A stretch of DNA of 64,000 nucleotides. It comes from Camelus ferus. Taxonomy: Eukaryota. The notes under the pieces were generated by a model. The model saw only the letters and a program-made list of their open reading frames with translations. It searched no databases and was not told the DNA's origin. The position numbers were made by a program, and so were the translations under genes. Every line of letters begins with the position of its first letter. Position 1 is the stretch's first letter. The stretch spans positions 10,416,001-10,480,000 of the forward strand of contig NC_045727.1 in the NCBI RefSeq assembly GCF_009834535.1, in the 5' to 3' direction. This document shows, one piece after another, positions 34,171-44,100 of the stretch.

Positions 34171-37100
34171 AGCCAGGCCACCTGGAGTAGGGACTGGGTG
34201 GGGGACGGGCCCTGGAGCCCTGGAAGCCAGGCTGGCCTGGCAAGAGTGCTGCTCCCCGCCTGCTGGGAGGAAGTGCCGCCCAGGACCGTGGTAACCCTTC
34301 CTGCTCCCTCCTTGCTGTGCTGTCCCGTCCACAGTCAGGCCCAGGGGCCCTCAGGTCCAGCCAGCGTGCCAGCCTTTTACCCAACTCCCTCTCCTGGCCA
34401 TGGGGACTGACCCTGCAATGGTCCTTGCCCCACAGATGCCCATCTGCAGCTTCCTTGGTGTGTAGAGAGCACCCCCTCTTGGGCTTGTGTCTTCAGAATC
34501 AGCTGTGCCTGGAGGGACTGCCCTGGTCTGGCTGGGCCGGTGGTTCCAGCCTGAGGGATGAAAGCGGCTGCTGTTAGGGGTGGGGAGCTGGGCATGCCTG
34601 GTGGGGGAGGGAAGCTACGGTGCTATGAGTGCCCAGGACCCTGGGGCTGGCAGACATGTGTTCCAAGGGCGGGGCTGCCTGGAGTCTGGTAGAAGTGATG
34701 AGGTCCTGCAGGGAAGACCTTGGGAGAGGGACGGGTGTTGTGAGAATGGCTTAGTCCCAGAGTCAGAGGAGAGGAGGAGGGGTGAGGTGGCACCTGGACC
34801 CAAGTCATGTGTTAAGATGGATCCTGGCAGAGGGCAGAGAATGGGCTCTGAGGAGAGCAGAGGCCAGTGCCTGTGACCTGGCAAGAGGAGGCTGGACCAG
34901 GGTGGGCCAGGGGAGGGGACAGGCAGGACAGATTTCTGGGGTGCTGGCCAGTGAGTGGGTGGGACCTGGGCAGAGCCTTGCTGCTGAGGGTCCTGGGGGT
35001 CGTGGGGGTTGGCAGGACCCAGAGCATCGACTGTTGAGAGCAAGCACTTGGGTGGGGAGGGGTCCGGTCCTGAATTCTGTCACCTGGGACCTTTGTGAGC
35101 TGTTGGAGCCCTGGGAGGGCGCACCACTGCCGCATCTCTTAGACTGTCTATTGCACCTGGAAACAATGTGAAAACCTGTGTGTTCTTGGTTCGGGAAAAA
35201 GGGTCTCTGTAGCATCTCCTCAGGTACTTTGCAAGCCCTGCTGTCCGGCTGTCCACATAGTGCGTGGCCAGGACCACTGTGCTGTCTGCTCTGTGCTCAG
35301 GGAGGACGGGGATGTCCTGTTTCTGGGTAGGTGGGAGGGAGGTGACCACGGAGCCCGCAGGCAGAGTGGCCAGTGGGCAGGACATGCATGGCCACAAGCA
35401 CGGCCACATGGACACACCTGGAGCCAGGGCAGGCCCTAGCAGGAGGTCCATGTGGAAGGTCTCAGCAGCATGGCCAGGTCCAGATGCTGTCCTTTCTCCA
35501 GGGGAACTTGGGTGAAAATGACCAGAACTTCACTCCTTTGTGTCCCAGAGGGGCCAGCTGCAAGGACCGTGGGCCAGGACCCAAGAGCTCTGCACTCTCC
35601 CAGCCTGCCTCCCACATCCCCAGTGCTCTGTCTGGGGCACCCAGCACGTCTGCCCTCTTGGCCACGTCCACCACCTGCCTTCCCATTGGTTGTGGACCCT
35701 GCTCCTCCACATCCTGCCCTTGCCCAAGACATGCATGCTGAGTGGGGCCGGTGCCACTGGTGCACTTAGGGTGGGGGTTAGATTGGACCAGACCCCCAGG
35801 GTACCCCCAGCTGTGGGCCTTTGGTCCGAGACCTGCAGCCCCTCGGACGGCCTCCTTGGAGCTTCAATCTTCATCTCTCCAGCTGCCCCATGGCTCTAGG
35901 CATGGACAGGGCCCTGCCTTCCTGGAAGCCAGGGAGAGTCACTGTCATCTCCACAGTGTGAGTGCCCGGGGGCTGTGCTGTGACACTGAGGGACACTGAG
36001 ATCAGAGGTCAAGCCACATGGAGCAGGACAGGGACTTCAGTGCACATGAGGTCTGAACGAACAGTGTGGCCAGAGTGTGCCAGGGCAGGGTTGGAGGGAG
36101 CAATGCAAGCCACCTCCCCAAGCACAGTTATGGCACATATGTGGTGGGGAGATGAGGGAGGAGGCTAGGAGGCCATATCTGGGAGGACCTCAAGGGCTAG
36201 GCATAGGGACCCTTCCTGCAGGCAGTGGAAGCCAGACTGGGTGCAGGAAGGGGGCTCTGGCCGCTGTGGGAAGTCATGGGAGGGCAGGGATGGAGGCCCA
36301 GGCAGTGTCTGGGCCATGACACACAGGACAACAGAACTATGAGGATACAGAATGTGTGGAGGTAGCTGTGGGGAGATGGGGGAGCTGGCAGAGAATTGGG
36401 CTGGATATGGGGCGGGGTGCAGAGAGGGCAGGTCTGGGGCACTCGGTGGATCTCACCTCTCCCAAGACCCCAACACAGACTGGAGGAGAGGTGACTGTCA
36501 AGGTTCTCGTTTTCTTGCTGTGTTAAACCTACAGGTCCACACGAGGCTGTTCAGAGTGAGCACAGAGCCGGAAGAGAACGTAGCTGCCGTGGCACAGCCG
36601 GGTGGCCTTGGCAAGAAACAGCAGAGTGGGCCCCGTGGCACCCAGCGGCCAGTGATGCTCACTGTGAGCCTGCTCCCTCTGCGGACACCAACGGCCACAC
36701 CGTCAAGCATGAGGACGCCTGTTCTTCCTACTCACAGTGTCAGCATCTCCATTCTGGCAGGGAGCGTTCTGGGGACAGACTGGGACCAGAGGGGACAGGC
36801 AGGCTGCAGTAGGGCTGCTCCTGGACGGCGGGGGGAGGGGGGGAGGGCTGGAGGGAAGAGCAGAAAGATAGAGTTGCCCATGGGGGTTTGGGGGGAGCTC
36901 ATGGGAGGCTGGCCGCCTGCCCTCTGCAGGCCCCTCCCCACTGCAGCCTTCTGGGTCCTCCCTCCCCCCGCCCCTGGCCCGCATCCATCTTGCCCCACCC
37001 CACCTGTCCCCTTTGGGATCTCCAGCCTAGCGCGGCACTTGGGGGCCTCCCTCTCGAGGCAACATCTTCCTTGCTCAGCTCTGCTCTGGGCCAGGGCCCG

Positions 37101-37267
37101 TGGTCACCACCAGGACCGGGCACACAGGGATGGCTTTTCCCGAGCTGGGAGGTGAATCGCAGCGCCATCTGAGACTGGGGAGCAGGGGGAGTGCAGGATC
37201 CTCTCCCTGGACGACTGGAGCCAGTGGGGCAAAGACATTCACCCCAGAGTCTGCACTAATATAGTGA

Positions 37268-37273
37268 TTTATT
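37268..37273 (-). terminator. AATAAA poly(A) signal of TSSK1
   Basis: TTTATT on +, 6 nt beyond the stop of the extended ORF and about 165 nt beyond the inferred ancestral stop. Confidence 0.75.
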
Positions 37274-37279
37274 GCTTCT

Positions 37280-38545
37280 TTAGTCACGTGGGTTACCAAG
37301 TTCAAAGGGAGGGGAAGAAACTGACGAAAATAGTGGCTCATCTGGGCCTGTCTTCTTTCTTTGGCTTCTCTGGGGCTCAGGCTCCAAGCTGTGAGCTCTG
37401 GCTCGTTCCCTGCCAGCCTCCGGGGCTGCAAAGGGCTGGCTAGGTGTGCGACTCGGAGGCTGTCGTGGAGGCCCTTCCTCTGTCTCTGTGCTGGGCTGCT
37501 CGCTGGCGATGCCTGCAGCCTCCGACTGCCTCGACACCTGCACCTGCAGTGGCTCCTCCTCAGGGCTTGTCTCGGGCTGGGCCTTGGGCCGGGCCTCCTC
37601 CTGGGGCTCCAGCTTGGTGGTGGACATCTTGTCAGAGCCAGGTTCAGGGGCCCAGGGGGGCTCAGGGCCCTGGGAGCTCTCCCCCTCCTTGTTGATGGCT
37701 GCAGAGGACAGGACCTGGGACTTGGGCTGCACCCAGCAGTGGCTGAGGATCTCATCGATGTGCAGCCGCCGGTTGACATCGGGCTGCAGCATGCGGTAGA
37801 TGAGGTCCTTGCACTCGCCCGTCAGGTGCTTGGAGCGCGGGAAGTCCACGCGGTGCTCCTTTTGGATGCGCAGCATCTTCTTGATGTTGGAGTCATCGTA
37901 GGGCATGGAGCCACAGACCATGATGTAGAGGATGACGCCCAGGCTCCAAATGTCGTACACCTTGGGCTGGTAGGGGATGCCCTGCAGCACCTCAGGGGCC
38001 GCATACGCCGCCGACCCGCAGAAGGTCTTGCTGAGCGCCAGCCGGCCGCTGTCATCCCGCAGGCAGCGCTTGGAGAAGCCAAAGTCAGACAGCTTGATGT
38101 TGAAGTCCTTGTCGAGGAGAAGGTTCTCACACTTGAGGTCTCGGTGGACGACGTCCAGGTCATGGCAGTACTTGATAGCCGAGGACAGCTGGTGGAACTT
38201 CTTGCGAGCATCATCTTCCTGCAGGGCCCCCCGGGTCTTGATGAACTCCAGGAGGTCGCCCTGGACCCCGAGCTCCATGACGATGTAGACCTTGCCGTCA
38301 GATATCTCGAAGATCTCATAGGTCTTGACAATGGAGTGGTGGTTCAGCAAGGCCAGAATCTCAATCTCCCGGGGAAGGAATTTCTCCAGGAAGTCTGTGG
38401 GGGCTTTCTTGCGATCGATGATCTTGACCGCCACGTTGAACTTCAGGCGCTCAGAGTAAGCAGACTTAACTTTTGCATACGAGCCCTCTCCCAAATTTAT
38501 TCCCATGATGTAGCCTCGTCGCTTGAGGATGGCCGCGTCATCCAT
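37280..38545 (-). CDS. TSSK1B: Testis-specific serine/threonine kinase 1 (ancestral-locus TSSK1), intronless; 421 aa as assembled, with a frameshift-derived C-terminal extension
   Basis: [41 protein letters not shown]...HRDLKCEN...DFG...APE intact. TSSK1-type tail ...[20 protein letters not shown]...[10 protein letters not shown], then 57 residues with no recognisable homology. Confidence 0.95.
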   Translation of the reverse strand: MDDAAILKRRGYIMGINLGEGSYAKVKSAYSERLKFNVAVKIIDRKKAPTDFLEKFLPREIEILALLNHHSIVKTYEIFEISDGKVYIVMELGVQGDLLEFIKTRGALQEDDARKKFHQLSSAIKYCHDLDVVHRDLKCENLLLDKDFNIKLSDFGFSKRCLRDDSGRLALSKTFCGSAAYAAPEVLQGIPYQPKVYDIWSLGVILYIMVCGSMPYDDSNIKKMLRIQKEHRVDFPRSKHLTGECKDLIYRMLQPDVNRRLHIDEILSHCWVQPKSQVLSSAAINKEGESSQGPEPPWAPEPGSDKMSTTKLEPQEEARPKAQPETSPEEEPLQVQVSRQSEAAGIASEQPSTETEEGPPRQPPSRTPSQPFAAPEAGRERARAHSLEPEPQRSQRKKTGPDEPLFSSVSSPPFELGNPRD

Positions 38546-38699
38546 GGTGCCGGGAGCGCCCGGTGCCTCTGGGGCTGCCCTCTACATCCCTGCGGGACAT
38601 GGGCCAGCGGCGTCCTCATTTACACTGGACAGAGTCCTCTGGGCTGGCCGGGCCTGCCGTCCCTGCCTCCTAGAGGCCAAGACTCTGGGGTGGAATGTT

Positions 38700-38741
38700 C
38701 AGCATTGTCTCCTGGGTGACTTCAGTGGGTGAAGTCACAAA
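38700..38741 (-). promoter_or_regulatory. SOX-like site plus inverted CRE-like pair upstream of TSSK1
   Basis: CATTGT 38703-38708; GTGACTTCA 38716-38724, GTGGG spacer, TGAAGTCAC 38730-38738. Confidence 0.6.
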
Positions 38742-40359
38742 GGAACGGTGCCCTGGGGGAATGAGGCTCTGGCCTGAGCAACTTGGACTCGGAACCCTGG
38801 AAGGCTGGCCACTGGGCTGCAGCAGACTAGAGACCAGTGGAGTGTGGCCTTGTGCTCAGTGGGGACCCAAGGTAGGAGGGGGCTGTGGAGAGCACATTGG
38901 TTGGCCCGTGTCTCCAGACCAGGGCCAGGCCAGCCTGTGGAGCCATGGGCTGCTTCCTGCAACCCAGAGTACCCCTGAAAGTCTACGGCAGGTGGTCCCA
39001 TCAGCCTGGATCTCAGCAGGAAACAGGAGACACACTGGAGCCCGGGCTGTCTGAGGAGGGCTCGGTAAGGGGATGGTTTACGAAGGTGGAGCAGAGTGTA
39101 GGGAGTCCAGGGCAGTAATGGAGCCTGTAAGAAGGGAGGATGCTCGCTAGGGCCTGGGAAGAGTAGTGCAGGGAGAGCCACCTTGAGAGAAGCAGTGACC
39201 TCAGGTGAGGCTGCAGGACCTCACAGGGAGGGAGCTGGGTCTGAGAACATCCCTGACCTCTCTGCCTTCAGCCCTGGACACCTTTGATGGTGTCCATGCA
39301 GCAGGGCTGAGAAGAAGGGAGGTGGGTCAGGAGGGGGAGGCAAGGACTACTAGCCCTGTAGCCACTGCAGTTTAGGAAGCCAGGCCTCTGCCCTCTCCCT
39401 GAACAGTTTGGCTGGACTTTTCACTTCCCTGTGCTGCTTTCCTCATCCAAACCCTCGTGGGCTTGCTTCTCCAACAGTGGCCCTGCGAGGGGTGGGATGG
39501 GTGGGACAACTGGCAGGGATTTGTGCTCTTGGCTTTGAGTTCCCTCCTGGGGGTTTGCCCAGCGGCTGTAGCCCTGGCAGGCTCCCAGGGCAGATCTGGG
39601 GCTGAAGGCAGAAGACTGGGACTGGATCCCTCTGTGAGGGCAGCAGCTGCTCCTGGGATTGCTCCCTAAGGATGTGTGAACAGGGCATTGTTGGACAGGG
39701 GCCACTGTTTCTGCCAGCAGCGGGGCGCCTCTGCTGTGGGCCCCCTTTGTCTAGCATCCACTCCTGGCCACGCCCTAAGGCAGCAGGAGCAGACAGGTCT
39801 GGCCTAGCCTTGGGATTGACCTTGGTCCCATCTGGCCAGAGGGAGTGGGTGCCTCTCTCAGATGGCCCTGAGTGTCACGGGCTGGAATCCTGGGACCCTG
39901 GGACCCTTGAAGGGGCTTGGGGTGACTGCTCCTGGGGAGTGACTTGGTGGGCTGGAGGTGGGCTGGGCTGGGTGCCACCAGCCTTGGCCCTCCCCCCTCT
40001 CTCTGCACCCATGGGCCAGGCCTTGTGTGCGTGGCTGGTGGTCCTTCCTTTGGACAGCTCTCTTTTGCTGAGGACACCCCATCTGTTGTGCTCCTCCCAC
40101 AATGACAGGTGCAGGGCCAGCGCTGGGAGCGTTGTCCCCAGCGGCTTCCCTCCGTGCAGACGGGGCCTGCGGAGGCAGCAGCTGTGCCCGCCCTCCTCCC
40201 CCTCCCCCTGGCTGGGCAGGGCCCTTCCTCCAGAGGCCGGCTTTGCTCTCAGTTCCTAGGATGTGGGCTTCCCTGTCTGTTGGCGCTCCTTGTATGACCC
40301 TCCTTGAAGCTGCTTCCTCCTCCGTTTGAAATATCTCAGTGTGTGTGCCAGCACGGCCA

Positions 40360-41139
40360 CACCTGCGTGCTCCTCACGGCGTGGAGCCACCTCCAGAACC
40401 TCCTCAGAGAGTCTGGACCCCTCCAGTTTTTCTCATCTCTCTCCGCTGCCGTTCGGCCTTAAAAAGACCACTTTGGGGCGCGCTCTTGGGCTGCTGACTG
40501 GACCTGAACCTGCAGGTGCGCGAGGTGTGAAGACCTGGTGTCCCAGGACGGGCTTCACCTGGTTCCCCGCCGCCGGGTCTCCGCACGCCCCACCCCGGGA
40601 TCGCCAGCCTTGCCAACCCTGCGCCCCCTCTGTGCCCCGCCCCCTCCCCTCAGGCCCCGCCCCGGGCCCTCCTGCCCCGCCCCTTCCGTGTCCGTCATCT
40701 CTGCCCCACCGCCCCTGTCTTTCGGAGGCCCCTGCGCTCAGGCTCCTCCCCCGGGCCCCAGCTCTCTGTTCAGCCAATGGAGCCCCTGACTTCTCGTAGT
40801 CCCGCCCCCACTGGGCCCGCCCCTCAGCCATCTCCCCGCCCTGGGGCCTCGCCCCTTTGGGGCACTGCGCATTGGGAGAGCGCAGGCCCCGCCCTCGCCC
40901 GGCTCTCATTGGCCAGCACCGGCGGCGCGGGCGGGGGCGGGGCGGCGCGGACCGAGCAGGACGGCCGCCATCTTGCGTGGAGCCGGAGTCGGAACCCGCG
41001 GCTGCGGCCGAGAGCGCGCGGCCCCCGGAGCCCCCGCCCGCCGCGTCCTCGCCCGGTCCGGCCCCGGCCCGGCCCGACCCGACCCTCGGCCCGGCCCGGC
41101 CCGGCCTCCCCGCGGGGTCGCGCGTCCGCCCCGGGGACG
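40360..41139 (+). promoter_or_regulatory. DGCR2 CpG-island promoter
   Basis: CCAAT 40774-40778, ATTGG 40871-40875 and 40908-40912, many GC boxes, YY1 site GCCGCCATCTT 40964-40974. Confidence 0.8.
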
Positions 41140-41154
41140 ATGAACGGAGGATAA
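41140..41154 (+). promoter_or_regulatory. 4-codon uORF (MNGG*) abutting the DGCR2 start codon
   Basis: gacg ATG AAC GGA GGA TAA ATG GTG. Confidence 0.6.
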
Positions 41155-44100
41155 ATGGTGCCCAAGGCAGACAGCGGTGCCTTCCTGCTGCTCTTCCTGC
41201 TGGTGCTCACGGTCACCGAGCCGCTGCGGCCAGGTGCGCGGCAGGGGCGGGGCGGGGCGGGCGCGCCGGGACCTCCACCCCGCCTCCCCGCGGGCCGGCG
41301 CCTCGGACCTCGGGGACCCCCGGACCCGTCGCGCGCTGTCGGCGGCAGCCAGGGCGGCGGGGTTCGGCCGGGGCGGGGACCATGGGGCGCCGGCGTCTGC
41401 GCCCTGGACGCCTCTGGCTGGCAGTCCCGGGAGTGCTCCGGGGCTGTGACCCTCAGATGCTGTCTTCGTAAGGAAGCCTGTGGTGGGGATCGGGCTCGCT
41501 CGCGGCCGCCGAAAGGTCCTCTGCCTGTTCCTGACGTACCCCCTCCTCCAGCGAGAAAATCAGATCCCCAAATGCAGGGCCGAGTTATCCGCCAGGCGCT
41601 GGAGGCCGGGTGCTGGGGGCCCGCGGTGCTTTTAGTGGCCTGCAAAAATGTTTTCTTTTAAAACCAGCAGGAAAATATCCTGAACTTTCAGGTCAAAGGA
41701 AATGTAACGTGTATATGTAAATACATTCGTCTGTACACCAATGCAGTTGAAAAGTGTGATTCTTAATTTTTTTCACGGAGGAAGGGGCCCAGGCAGGCAG
41801 ATTGCCGGGGCATCTTCTGTGGGTGCTGTCAGACCACGGCTGTAAAGGCAGCAGGGGGTGAAGCGGTGTGCAGCCCTCGGCCAGGTCCCCACTAGGCTTC
41901 TGCCCAGGGCACGCTGCACCTCTCCCTGCCACCTTTACCATCTGTGTAGAGTGATCTGCCTCCTCGCAGTGCCTATTTGGTGGCCAAGGCCCTGGCCCAC
42001 ACTCAACCTGGAGCTTCTCTGGGCTCCCCATGTAGAGCTGGCTGTTCACTGCTGTTGGTGTTCTCTGGGCGGCGAGGTGACTGGTTGTGGGGTGGTCTTG
42101 GTAGGAACGGAAGCCAGGAAGAGGTCCCCCTGTGGAGGGAGTACTGTATGGGCTCTTGCGGACCAGGGCCAGTGGACTTGTGGGTTCTAGTGATTAAGTT
42201 CTGGAGAAAACATGTTTACTCCTGTGGAGAGGTGGAAGTCATCCTGTCTGACTTCTGGGTCCTGGTTTTGGACATTACGTTTCTGGAGTCTGAGGGGTGA
42301 AGTCACATATCACATCTGTCTTCCTTGGGGTGCCTCTGGTGCCAGGTCCGGCATCTCCTGCCTGGATGATGGACATGACCAGTGTCCCCAATTCCTTTTC
42401 CGCCTGTCCACATATCCTGCCAGCTGGCCAGTGCAATTCAGAAAGCGTCTGGGCATGCTTGCCACCTGTCTGTCACTAGGAATCCTCCTGTGGAGAGAAT
42501 ACACCCTCCCTGTAAGAGTGCTGATCAGGTGTGGAAGCAGAGGCTGGGTGTAAATCAGTCCTGAGGCAGGCGACAGGGGTGGCCAACCGTTTGCACCTGT
42601 GAGGCAAGAGACGACTTCAGGAGACCTGGCTCTTAGGTCTGAGTTGGGGTAGGGAGATGGCTTGGGTTGAGGGAGCAAAGGTATCCTTTTCATCCCATGA
42701 CTCTCCAAATCAAAACTTTGCAGCAGCCCCTGGTGGTGTCTTGAGTTGCCCTGCAAAGCCCAAGGGGCACTATCCTGCGCCCTGATTTTGGTTGGGCAGC
42801 GAGGTGGGTCTCACTCTAGGTCACAGTGTTCTCCTTGTGTGCCCGTGTGTGCTCTGTGCTTCAGGCTGCTGGCTGGTGCCTGTGAGGAGGGCTTTTCTGG
42901 TCTTTTCTGGCCTGCATGCTCTCTTGGAGTCCTGGTTTAGACCCACGCTTGGGTGTGAGGAGGGCGGCAGGCAGAAGCTGCTTCCCAGGAGGAGGGAGCC
43001 CTGGAGGACGGGGGCTCAGCCACTTTCGGCTGCTCTCTGACATAGGCTAGGGTGTGAGGCCTTCCCCAGGGTGGGAGCAACAGGAATGTGCAGAACTTGA
43101 CCTCTTGCCAGAGTTTTCTTTTAAATGCATGTTTGGTCTCATTTGATTGAGGATATGTTATATGCCGGGGACCATTCAACCCCCAACACTGGTACTGACT
43201 GAGCTGGTTGAACTCTCAGGTGATCCTTGTGAGGTAGATCCTGTTACTGGCCCCATTTCACAGGTGGGGAAAATGAGATCGAGCTCATGACGCCAAGAGT
43301 TTGGAGCACAATTTAGTCCTAGAGCTGGCCTGCCCGGCATCAACCAGCCTTGGCCCGGGCTCTGTCTGCTCCAGCTGTGTGTCCTGCCCTGGCTGTCCCT
43401 CACCCCAGCTGTGGAGCCCAGGCCCCCTCCCTTCCCCTGACGGACCCTGTGGTTCTTCCATGTGAATACTCTCACCTGAGGGACGGAACCAGCCCTGCCC
43501 TCCGATCCCTGCTCTGACTGGCCACAAGGACCCCCAGCAGTATGTGTTGTGTATGCCGGGGGCCGTAGTGAGAAAGAAAGGTTGGGGACCTCTGTTGGGG
43601 GTGACAGACATGGAGGGGCATTTGGGGGCCACTGATTGATACCGTCTCGTTAACCTTTCTCTGTGCAGAGACTGTGGCATCAAGTAAGTATTTTTTCTAA
43701 AACTGTGTCCAGCTTCAATTATGAAGGAAAATCCTGCCATGTTTTAGCCCTAGCTCCGTGCAGGGAGACCTCACCGTATGTATCTGAGGAAAGTTTTCCC
43801 TCCCTGACTGAGCCCTGTCCCGCCCGAGGCCCCGGCCCTGGAAGGGCAGCCTGATAAGGGAGCAGGGCTGGGTGCTATCTTCCTTGTGGCTGGGAGAGGC
43901 CACATAGAGGGGGTCAGGCCGGGTGAGCCGGCTCCCAGCTCAGGGATCTGTCCCCGGGGCCATGAGGGGCCCAGAGGGGCCTGCTGGCTGTGCCGAACTG
44001 ACGAGTCCTCCGTGAGCCAGGCAGGGGCCGCAGCACACAGGTCAGTGCACAGGGAGAGTGCGGGTGTCTCACCAGCAGATGAGGCGAAGCTCGTGGAAGC

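Noticed and set aside
36505-36720. Good-looking 3' splice site (ttttcttgctgtgttaaacctacag|gtccacacg) within a 267-aa + ORF between TSSK2 and TSSK1
   Set aside because: No convincing donor, partner exon or homology; not supportable without RNA data.
37361-38719. 452-aa ORF antisense to TSSK1
   Set aside because: Starts at TTG, mirrors the TSSK1 codon frame, and a shorter equivalent shadows TSSK2 (33194-33613). This is the usual antisense shadow of a GC3-rich CDS, with no recognisable domain.
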